Source of the DNA: Macrostomum lignano
Taxonomy: Eukaryota
NCBI GenBank assembly: GCA_002269645.1
Contig: NIVC01000660.1
Coordinates: forward strand, 310,001 to 374,000
Length of the DNA stretch: 64,000 bases
Direction: 5' to 3'
Shown piece after piece: positions 39,761 through 64,000 of this stretch; within the stretch, counting starts at the first letter, position 1; every line of letters begins with the position of its first letter. The notes below the pieces were generated by a model that was not told the DNA's origin, made no database searches, and saw nothing but the letters and a program-made list of their open reading frames with translations. A program made the position numbers and the translations under genes.

Positions 39761-39921
39761 CAAGGATGTAGAGAGGGGGGGATAGGGGGATATATCCCCC
39801 AAAGAGCCTGACCAAAACTTTCTTATTGCCCTTTGTTGCTATACATGCTACCATGTGACTTTGTCATAGCACTTTTACCTTGGTATATCTCTCCCATAGG
39901 AAATTCCTAGCTATGCCCCTG
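39761..39921. mobile_element. Decayed 161-bp hAT-like MITE with 8-bp TSD
   Basis: ATCATTTT at 39753-39760 and 39922-39929 flanks ends CAAGGATGTAG... and ...CTAGCTATGCCCCTG, which resemble CpG-decayed CAGGGGCGTAGCTAG-type TIRs. An 8-bp TSD is typical of hAT. Confidence 0.6.
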
Positions 39922-40861
39922 ATCATTTTTTGTATATTTGTCATGCTTATTGAATATTGGTCTTACTTGCTACTAATAATAATGCATATAAAAGGTAAAG
40001 ATCTATTATCAATCTAGTGTCCCACTTTAGGATGGCCAATAAGCGAAGAACACAAATTATTTGTATAAATCATATTTGCCTTGACATCTCAATGATTCCC
40101 CTCTCCCTAAGTCTTACCATTATAGCAATTTAGAAACTCTTAGGCCTAATAATCTTTGATGCCAGGATAGAATCTTTACATGGCAATTTTGGAATAGAAA
40201 TTTGTATAGAAATATTTTGCACAAGCACAAGTTTCTTATCTTTTAATGTGCAATTTTTTTTTGACTTCTAATAATAAGACTTTTTTGTAGTTCCAATAAT
40301 AAAGGACCTTTTCTACAATTTTGACAATCAAGGACCTTTTTGGGAAGCCTATTTACATTGTCTCTTCCTTGCAAAAACTTTGATTTATATGTCATATACA
40401 GAATATAAACTTTTCAGATAATTCATCCTACCTTCTAGTTTTTATTATACAATATTTTTATAAAAGTCTATTCAAATGTGCAAGTTTATTAACAATATAA
40501 GTGCAAGTGCACAAGTTTTTTTAGCATGCATAAAACATGTCTAGGATTTTTTATAAAATTCTATCTTGGCCTTGATATCTTAGCAATTGTAGTGATAAGC
40601 CATGATATCTTAGTAATTCTCTTAGTAAGCCTTAATATATCAGCAATTCAACTTGGGTCTCAAAATCTTAGTGATTCCTATGTGTTCCAACTATTGCTTT
40701 ATATTTTTATACATTTTTTGTCTTTAGTTAATGATCTTGATAACAATATTTTAATTTTTGAAAGGCTCTTTTTCTATCAATGTCATATTAACAAAAAGGT
40801 TTTGAATCATTTCCATTATACAATATATTTATAAATAATAGTTTACATGACTTATCCAATT

Positions 40862-40980
40862 GTAAAATAGGTGCTAGCATTAGTTGGGGTAATTGAAGGT
40901 ATGTGGTAACCCTTCCCCCTTTATTACTTAGACTAAAAAGCCATATACAGCTTTTAGATGCACTATACAACAACAGCAAA
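40862..40980 (+). mobile_element. Truncated, CpG-decayed copy of the same SINE (3' half)
   Basis: TAAAATAGGTGCTAGCATTAGTTGGGGTAATTGAAGG...GCCATATACAGCTTTTAGATGCACTATAC aligns with TAAAATGGGTGCCAACATTAGCTGGGGTAATTGAGGG...GCCGTACGCAGCCTTCAGATGCGCCGCGC at about 57270-57380. Confidence 0.75.
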
Positions 40981-42631
40981 CATGCCAGGTGAAGGCCTCT
41001 ATTGCAGCTTCTGGTGATCCATAGCAGATTCCACGTATCTTGCGCTTGATTTGTGGAAACACAAAAAAATTACAGGGGGCCAGGTCAGGGCTATAGGGTG
41101 GATGACCAAGCTCTTGAATGCACTCTGGCCAGGAACTCTGCCAGGAACTCTGATTGTGACTTAGTTCCTCCCAATTGTGACTTAGTTCCTCCCGATTGCA
41201 ACTTAGTTCCTCTTGATTTCAACTTAGTTCCTCCTAATTTGGACTTATTTCTTCCTAATTATGACTTAGTTCCCCTGATTGCGACTTAATTTTCATTTTG
41301 TATATGACTTTTCTTGCCTTTTTCTCTTTTCTTCTCTTTCTCTCTCCTCTTTCCTCTCTCTTCTCCTTTTTTTTCTTTTCCTTTTCTCTTCCTCCCCTTT
41401 CTTTCTTCTCCCAATTTTTTGTTTTTTGCATTTTCAATTTTGCAACTTACCTTGGCTGGGAGCAATTTTACCTGTCTAGTTCAGATAGGTTGGACAGGTG
41501 TTGGGCATGTATGGGGCACATATTAATTAACTATTATTATTATTTAATATTATTTATGTAAAATATCTATAGAATGTATATACATTATAATTTAATACAA
41601 ATTTAAAGTTATGATATAACAAAAATGTTTCTATATCCATATGTCATTTACACAAAATCACATTAATTTTGCTTTGGTGTCTTTTAGAGGTTAGTTGCAT
41701 TTTTTGTAAAAAAAAGTAAGACATATAGCCAGTGTATATCAGGGGGTTGCACATGCATGTAGGTAATCTAGAATATATCTATAACACTAATTTCCTAATA
41801 ATTTGTTCATTTTTTGGCTGTTTTTCCCTCTTTTTTCTTTTATTCTTCTATCCCCCTTTTCATCCCTCTTCTTCTCTCTTCTCTCTTCCCTCCCCCTTCT
41901 TTCCTTACTTCTTCTTTTTCTCCTCTCCCCTTTCCAAGTCTCAATTCTTCCAAGCTATGAAGTGGTCTGGATGTAGAAAATATAAAATTAATAATTAACA
42001 CTATAACAATATCCACATTTGCATGTTCTGTCTAAGAACCTTTGTATTTGTAACTTCCTATAACCATATCTATAGCTATGAGTAAAGTGGAACTCTAATA
42101 ACATTCTTAAATCTTACATAAATGTTTTTGTTTTTATACTTATTATATACTTATACTTAAACATATTTGCATCTATACATATGCATTGTACAATGGATAA
42201 TTTAGTTTTATGCTATTTCTGTGGGTAATCAATTGTAAATTGCAAAATTAGCAACTCTAAAAATGCAAAGAAACAAGGAAAGAAATAGTGAGGAAGAAAA
42301 AAGTGACATAGAAAATCAAAGATATCCAAAAAGTGAATTTTGAATGATTTTTGCTAGAATTGACAAATATGTCTTCCTAAATTTGTCATCAGTATTTAAA
42401 GTTGTTTTCCAAGCACTAAATAGATGATAATAAAGGTTAGTTTATAGTCATTCCTGATTTTTACTACATTAGTTAAACCTGCTATCTTTATTGACTGCAT
42501 GAGTCTAAACCTGCTTCAAGAGCATCTGCATTAGTAAATCAACTGTACTTCAATGCTACAAACTGCTTAAAGCTAAACTGTGCACCTAATTTAATAACTA
42601 ATAATTTTTGGCAGCTTGCCAGGCTCCAGCC

Positions 42632-57090
<14,459 letters not shown>

Positions 57091-57134
57091 GGAGAAGTCG
57101 AGTTAAAGTAATTGAGCAGAGATAAGTGCTATTA

Positions 57135-57440
57135 GGGGGGTTGTAGCCTAGTGGCTAGAGCGTCGGATTCACGACTTGAAGGTTCGGGGGTTCGATTCTC
57201 GACCCACTCGGAACGATATGTGCCCTTGAGCAAGACACTTAACTCTGCATTGCTTCAGTTCACCCAGCTTTAAAATGGGTGCCAACATTAGCTGGGGTAA
57301 TTGAGGGTGTGTGCGGTGACCCCCCCCCCTCAGTCCTTGGACTGAGCAGCCGTACGCAGCCTTCAGATGCGCCGCGCAATAGCTGCGGCTGAGCTGTCGG
57401 TTGCACATCTGGCCAATAGGAGCAGATGTAATCAATTAAT
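57135..57440 (+). mobile_element. tRNA-derived CORE-SINE in the last IRE1-region intron
   Basis: tRNA head with A box TAGCCTAGTGG (57144-57154), a Val-like CAC loop and B box GGTTCGATTC. It is followed by TGTGCCCTTGAGCAAGACACTTAACTCT..GCTTCAGTT....TAAAATGGG, matching the MIR/CORE consensus TGTGACCTTGGGCAAGTCACTTAACCTCT..CCTCAGTTT....TAAAATGGG. The anticodon stem is mismatched, so this is not a functional tRNA. Confidence 0.8.
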
Positions 57441-57472
57441 ATTAATTTTATCTATACAGTTGATTGCAACAG

Positions 57473-57925
57473 TCCCGCTGCCTTCAGGTCGGGGCTGTCG
57501 AACCACCTGGCCTGAGCCGGTCGCAGGAGAACCTGCTGGCAGTCCGGCAGCTGTCGGCCAATTGGAATCGATCAGCAGCGCTAATCGATAGCGACGCAGA
57601 TCCTAGCGTGATTTTCTCGGCCGATTCCTACAGTCTGTTTCGTATCGACTCTTATCCACACGGAACTCAATTGCCTGATAATTATTGTGCACAGACTGCT
57701 CAGACTGATGACAATAATTTGGATGCTACTCATCATCAAAATGAGCAGCAGGCTGAGCAGCAGCAGCTGGATCAGCCTGAGGCATTGTTGTTAAAAGCTA
57801 AAAAGAAGACTCGCCGAGGCAAGAAAGCAAAAAAGTCGTCTGCCAGCAATGCCAGCGCGTCCGTCAATTCAATGATTGGCGCCGACGGAGATCAGGACGA
57901 GCCCGATATTCTGTTGGATTTCTGA
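57473..57925 (+). CDS. Probable coding exon downstream of IRE1 (alternative IRE1 tail or last exon of a separate small gene)
   Basis: Open GC-rich frame with Q-runs and a basic patch (KAKKKTRRGKKAKK), ending PDILLDF-TGA and followed by AATAAA-like ATAAATAA near 57962. A strong donor GTAAGT lies upstream at 56748 and a phase-0 acceptor CAG| at 57472. Confidence 0.5.
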   Translation, partial: SRCLQVGAVEPPGLSRSQENLLAVRQLSANWNRSAALIDSDADPSVIFSADSYSLFRIDSYPHGTQLPDNYCAQTAQTDDNNLDATHHQNEQQAEQQQLDQPEALLLKAKKKTRRGKKAKKSSASNASASVNSMIGADGDQDEPDILLDF

Positions 57926-58779
57926 TTGTCTTGTTTTGCACATAAATTCCTGGCATTCAATATAAATAAGTTCAGAATGAGTGAACTAATTAGTTGACGA
58001 AGCAGCTAAGTTCTCGCCTTTTACCCAGTATCCTGGGTGCCTTTTCTATTTGTAGGCAGGAGGGCTGCCTGCACCCTGGCGCACTTTAAGCGAAATTGTC
58101 ACACAAGCAGTCACACGCACAGGCACACACTCACACAGGAGTGTACAGCGGCCCTAACTTTATTTATCGCTAGGCATGTACACTTCACTGTGCCTTGGGG
58201 GTTGGCCCTCAAACTGGGCGTTAATTGCACGAGCAGAGCCAAGCCGAGATTCCAATTTAGCCTGAAATTAATGCGACTGCACTTGGAATCGAGCCTGGGC
58301 CGCTGGCACATCAGAGCGCCGCGCTGGGCTACTGCATCCTGGACACCTTTTGTTAATAAAATCCTCATATTTTGCCTATGAAATATTTTTTACCTAGTCA
58401 GTTGTTTGGGAAAGGGGATTGGTCCTTTTATTCATATATAATTAATGCGATATTTTCTGTTGCTACAAGTAAAACGTTTGTTTTTCTTTTGTGTTAACGA
58501 TTGTAGAGTGGAGTAATTTCAAGAGGAAATCATATAGAAATCATTTCATTATTTGCGTATAAAATCTGTTCCATGTTTATTTATAATTATTTCGGTTTCT
58601 GTTTATTAAACTAATACGAATAATTGTACAATTAGTCCTGTCTGTCATTCCGAAGCTAGGCTCAATATTTGTTGTTGAGGCGTCTGGCCCGTGACCCAGT
58701 TATAAAAAAACTGTTTTGAATTTGTGTGCACTTCAATTATTTTGTTATTTTTTTCGGCTGTGGTGCAAAAACTACTATA

Positions 58780-59382
58780 CTGTCCGTCAGGGGTTCCGGA
58801 GCCCTTGCTGCGGTGTCTTCTAGCGGACATAATTTCAGTCCGTTTCAATTGTAACTTGATTCAAATGAAAGCTGCGGATCTCAGCTCCATGATGTGGTCA
58901 AGAAAAAAGTTTATTCGAAGGAGCGCGTGTGAACAGGCCAGTGTTATGTACATAAAGGTTAGAGAAAAAAGTGAGGAAAAGACAAACAAGCAATTGTTTT
59001 TTACTCTTTTTTACTCTCCCATGAAAGCTGACTGCACAAGAATCCATAAGAGCCTGTTGATTTCAACACAAGTTTTGGCCATAGACTAATGTTAGCCAGG
59101 CTGAACACTGCGCGCAAACCGATTCCTTCCCATGTGTGTTTGCTCCATAGACTCAGCAACCATAGACAATTGCTTGTTTGTCTTTTCCTCACTTTTTTCT
59201 CTAACCTTTATGTACATAACACTGGCCTGTTCACACGCGCTCCTTCGAATAAACTTTTTCTTGACCACATCATGGAGCTGAGATCCGCAGCTTTCATTTG
59301 AATCAAGTTACAATTGAAACGGACTGAAATTATGTCCGCTAGAAGACGTCGTGGCAAGGGTTCCGGAACTTTTGACGGACAG
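58780..59382. mobile_element. MITE with about 218-bp inverted arms, TA-flanked, between IRE1 and the SOCS-box gene
   Basis: 58780-58997 is the near-perfect reverse complement of 59166-59382. TA dinucleotides flank both ends (58778-79 and 59383-84), which is Tc1/mariner-like, but the family is uncertain. Confidence 0.85.
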
Positions 59383-60149
59383 TATAGTTTTTGTTCTTGT
59401 GCAAACGAATATGCATGCTTGGGGTTGGTTTCTAACATAATGCCACAAATTCATTATCGTTTCTCGTGCCAATACCTGTATAGGGATGATGCGCTTGCTG
59501 TCTTACTAGTTCTCATTTTAGGCGTCCGCTTGGATCGTGAATTGTTGGATTGTTTGTTTTTCAAATTTAAATATAAACAATTGTTTTGTTTTATATATTG
59601 GTTCATTTTAGTTTAAACGGAGTGCCCAAAGTAGAACTGACAGCTAGAGAAACAAATTTCTTATATCAATGGTTGTTGAGTGCGTGCTTGCTTGCTTGTA
59701 TATTGCTAAACTGTAGTTGTTTGCTTTTTCTTGTTTGCTTTTCTTTGTGTTTTTGCCTGCTTCATAAGTGTCTTTTAAGGTTTGGTGTTTTTTTTTCTGT
59801 AAATAAACGTTGCTTATTTGTATACAAAGCTAGATAACGCATTGGTTCGCTGGGCAATTTTTTACGGGTAATTTTTACGATAGACACTACTGAGACACGC
59901 TCGTCAAGTGGTTGCAAACCAAAGAAAATCGCTAACCTGCTTGGATCTGAGAGAACATTCGTTTCTTTCTACTTTATTAAATTTTGAAGTAAAAGAAGCA
60001 GCACTACCCGTGTTTGGACTTTTGCATTTTACCCATTTATTTCATCTATTTTATATTACAACTGTAGGAGTAGGATGGTTATAATTTTCATAGGCCAGCG
60101 CCAAAGTTTTTGCTTTAAATATAGTTTTGGACAGTGTGTAAAATTTTCT

Positions 60150-60975
60150 ACTTGTAACAGATTCCAGCTTGTGACAGATTCCAGCTTGTAACAGATTCCA
60201 GCTCGTAAAAGATTCCAGCTTGTAAAAGATTCCAGCTTATAACAGATTCCAGCTTGTAACAGATTCCAGCTTATAACAGATTCCAGCTTATAACAGATTC
60301 CAGCTTGTAACAGATTCCAGCTTATAACAGATTCCAGCTTGTAACAGATTCCAGCTTATAACAGATTCCAGCTTATAACAGATTCCAGCTCGTAAAAGAT
60401 TCCAGCTTGTAAAAGATTCCAGCTTGTAAAAGATTCCAGCTTATAACAGATTCCAGCTCGTAAAAGATTCCAGCTTGTAAAAGATTCCAGCTTGTAAAAG
60501 ATTCCAGCTTATAACAGATTCCAGCTTGTAACAGATTCCAGCTTGTAACAGATTCCAGCTTATAACAGATTCCAGCTTGTAAAAGATTCCAGCTTGTAAA
60601 AGATTCCAGCTTATAACAGATTCCAGCTCGTAAAAGATTCCAGCTTGTAAAAGATTCCAGCTTGTAAAAGATTCCAGCTTATAACAGATTCCAGCTTGTA
60701 ACAGATTCCAGCTTGTAACAGATTCCAGCTTATAACAGATTCCAGCTTGTAACAGATTCCAGCTTGTAACAGATTCCAGCTTATAACAGATTCCAGCTTG
60801 TAACAGATTCCAGCTTGTAACAGATTCCAGCTTATAACAGATTCCAGCTCGTAAAAGATTCCAGCTTGTAACAGATTCCAGCTTATAACAGATTCCAGCT
60901 TATAACAGATTCCAGCTTGTAAAAGATTCCAGCTTATAACAGATTCCAGCTTGTAACAGATTCCAGCTTGCAAAG
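60150..60975. repeat. 17-bp minisatellite (ACAGATTCCAGCTTGTA)
   Basis: About 48 units just upstream of the SOCS-box gene. Confidence 0.95.
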
Positions 60976-61119
60976 CTTGATTACATATAGATAATATTTA
61001 TGGTCGAGAATATAATAACAGTAATAACAGTAATGTAATAATACTAATTTAGTACCGGTCCAGAGTTTCTATTGTGTGCCACTAGCCCAATTAATATTTA
61101 ATAATTAATATTTCAATTT

Positions 61120-63319
61120 ATGGAGGCCCAATCCGGACAACAACAACAGCAAGACGAGGAGCTCACCAAGCAAATCAGGCAACTGATTGATAGCAAAGAG
61201 ATTAACCAGCTAACTCAACTGGTTAGACGCGTATTGAAAGACAATGACCAGAATGAAGAGATCATGTGGGGCTGGTATTCGCCTATTAAAAATAATCGAT
61301 CAATAATGGCGCCAATGTACAAGCCTAGATGCATTAGTCCCTTGGCCTACGCTCTGGAGGTGAACAGCTTTGACGTCTTGAGACAGCTGGTAGCGGCCGG
61401 TCTCAATCCGAATCACGTGGAACGAGTTGACAGGCGATTAGACGAAGCTGAAGATTATGCTCTGCATAGGTGTGTGTCTTTGTGTGTCCGGCCATTCACA
61501 CGGGTCTCCTGTCTGACCCGGCCATTCACCCCCCCCTGGGTCTCCTGTCTGACCCGGCCATTCACCCCCCCCCTGGGTCTCCTGTCTGACCCGGCCATTC
61601 ACCCCCGGGTCTCCTGTCTGACCCGGCGATTCACCCCCCCCCGGGTCTCCTGTCTGATCCGGCCATTCACCCCCCCCGGGTCTCCTGTCTGATCCGGCCA
61701 TTCACCCCCCCCCCCGGGTCTCCTGTCTGATCCGGCCATTCACCCCCCCCCCGGGTCTCCTGTCTGATCCGGCCATTCGCCCCCGGGTCTCCTGTCTGAT
61801 CCGGCCATTCACCCCGGGTCTCCTGTCTGATCCGGCCATTCACCCCCGGGTCTCCTGTCTGATCCGGCCATTCACCCGTACACATTTTTTCGGGACTTGC
61901 TCACGAAAATTGGCTGGTGGGTTGTCGTGCGATTGACAGCCCCGAGTGCCAACCCCCAAGGCACAGAGAGAGTACATGCCTAGGATTAGGCAGTCAGATT
62001 ACCGAATAATTTTCGACGGTAAACGCAGTCTTTAACTCGCCACTCCAATCCGCAGGGACTGCCGGTTCCCTCTGTTAGCATTCTGGTTCGACATCGGCGC
62101 TCGCATGGTGTTCGGGCGGAAGATCGTGCTGGACCGAATGGAGTACGAATTAGCCGAACTAGTTCGCATTGGCAACAATGTTAATTGCCTATTGCAGCAC
62201 CAGGTTGATTGGAAATCGCATTTCAAGCTTCGACTACAGATGCTTGAGCCGCTATTGCGCAATGGGCTTCATCTGCACGACACCTGCGTTGGCTGTCCAA
62301 AGATTCGCCCGGAACAGCGGGAGTTCTCGCTCTGTCTAATACGGCTGCTGGTGGACATTATGACCGCCTGCGATGTCATTGGCTATGAGGACGCTTTTCT
62401 TAATCTGTTTCTGACATTCTGCGGAACTCCCGCGCAGGTGAATGTTTCATTTGGTTCAGTATCCACTACAAAGACCTACTTTTTGGTAGCTTACATGTAC
62501 TTGTAGGTCCAATGTCCCATAACAAAGACCTTAGTTATGCAGATTTAATATCCCACAACAAAGACATTAGTTATGCAGGTTCAGTATCCTACAACAAAGA
62601 CCTTAGTTATGCAGGTCCAGTATCCTACGACAAAGACCTTAGTTACATGGTTCCTATATCCTACAACAAAGACCTTAGTTACATGGTTCCTATATCCTAC
62701 AACAAAGACCTTAGTTACATAGTTCCTATATCCTACAACAAAGACCTTAGTTACATAGTTCCTATATCCTACAACAAAGACCTTAGTTACATAGTTCCTA
62801 TATCCTACAACAAAGACCTTAGTTACATAGTTCCTATATCCTACAACAAAGACCTTATAGTTATACAGGTGCAATATTCATATAAAAAACATTGCATTAG
62901 TAAATATGAAAATTCAAATAAACCCATTAAAAAACTGCTTGTTTGAACAGGTGAAACACCTCACGGACATGAACATCACCATGGACGACTTTTTAAACGA
63001 TTTCTCTCACGTGGCCTCATTTTTATACGGTCGAAAATTTCACAACGACGCCGAGAAGGCGCTGTTCGTCCGACAGCGAAGAGTGTTCTACGATCGGGTG
63101 AGCAAAGTCGGCCAACTGTTTGTGCAGCCACTGCCGCTCTACCTGCTAGCCAGGAATTCTGTTCGCCGTTGCATTGGCGGCGTTCATTTTCAAAAACGCG
63201 TAGCAACTTTAACTAATCTGCCGCCTATGCTGCGCGAGTCCATTGTTTACCTTAGTCACGGTGAGCTCTGTCAGATATTGGATAGGTTGCCAAGGCTGCA
63301 GTCAGTTTCTCCTAGCTAA
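61120..63319 (+). CDS. Ankyrin-like repeat and SOCS-box protein (ASB-like putative Cullin5 adaptor), 366 aa
   Basis: Exons 61120-61469, 62056-62437 and 62951-63319 (1101 nt, phases 2 and 0). Ankyrin-like SPLAYALEVNSFDVLRQLVAAGLNPN; C-terminal SOCS box PLPLYLLARNSVRRCIG...VATLTNLPPMLRESI. Confidence 0.8.
61487..62860. repeat. Minisatellites in both SOCS-box gene introns (32-35 bp at 61487-61878; 36 bp at 62510-62860)
   Basis: Tandem units CCGGCCATTCAC(C)nGGGTCTCCTGTCTGA and ATATCCTACAACAAAGACCTTAGTTACATAGTTCCT. Confidence 0.95.
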
Positions 63320-63384
63320 TATGTTGCTGCATTGTGTGCGTGAATAGGTTCAGTAGATGAACTTGCCTTTCCGAAAACTATAGG

Positions 63385-64000
63385 AGATCCCAAATCCTAG
63401 ATCCCTATAATAGGAGATCCCAAATCCTAGATCCCTATGATAGGAGATCCCAAATCCCAGATCCCTATGATAGGAGATCCCAAATCCTAGATCCCTATGA
63501 TAGGAGATCCCAAATCCCGGATCCCTATGATAGGCGATCCCAAATCCTAGATCCCTATGATAGGAGATCCCAAATCCCGGATCCCTATGATAGGCGATCC
63601 CAAATCCTAGATCCCTATGATAGGAGATCCCAAATCTCAGATCCCTGTGATAGGAGATTCCAAATCCTAGTAGATCCCTATGATAGGGGATCCCAAATCT
63701 CAGATCCCTATGATAGGCGATCCCAAATCCTAGATCCCTATGATAGGAGATCCCAAATCTCAGATCCCTGTGATAGGAGATTCCAAATCCTAGATCCCTA
63801 TGATAGGAGATCCCAAATCCCGGATCCCTATGATAGGCGATCCCAAATCCTAGATCCCTATGATAGGAGATCCCAAATCCCGGATCCCTATGATAGGCGA
63901 TCCCAAATCCTAGATCCCTATGATAGGAGATCCCAAATCTCAGATCCCTGTGATAGGAGATTCCAAATCCTAGTAGATCCCTATGATAGTAGATCCCAAA
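63385..64000. repeat. 30-bp quasi-palindromic minisatellite (GATCCCTATGATAGGAGATCCCAAATCCTA), runs off the right edge
   Basis: About 20 units. Confidence 0.95.

Noticed and set aside
41290-41945. Polypyrimidine tracts and K/E/R-rich or F/L/S-rich ORFs
   Set aside because: Simple low-complexity CT-rich sequence; the ORFs are compositional artefacts.
57135-57210. Functional tRNA-Val gene
   Set aside because: The anticodon and acceptor stems pair poorly, there is no T-run terminator, and it continues into a CORE domain, so it is a SINE head.

Overview
Eukaryotic (metazoan) genomic DNA with spliceosomal GT-AG introns; there is no rRNA, CRISPR array or prokaryotic operon. I reconstructed six intron-containing genes by hand, checking splice phase at each junction. 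(1) The 5' end of a secreted ADAM/ADAMTS-like metalloprotease precursor (minus strand, runs off the left edge). (2) A PPM1A/B-type PP2C phosphatase (+). (3) A 730-aa low-complexity protein of unknown function (+). (4) A complete 15-exon IFT122 (minus). (5) IRE1/ERN1 kinase-RNase (+), with an unusual charged N-terminal extension and an ambiguous C-terminal tail. (6) An ankyrin-like/SOCS-box protein (+). Non-coding DNA holds several MITE/foldback elements, a tRNA-derived CORE-SINE with a decayed copy, and two sharply CpG-depleted domains. The dominant unexplained structure is that almost every longer intron carries its own minisatellite (units of about 15-41 bp). Several arrays share short cores (CAATGTACA, TGGCGCYAWATT, GTCACTCT, CTATGACCCAA), some units are hairpins or contain AG|GT splice-like motifs, and one pair flanks IFT122 exon 7 in inverted orientation. 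Most long ORFs in the supplied track that lie in these arrays are repeat artefacts. The overall style suggests a free-living flatworm such as Macrostomum, but that is only a guess.
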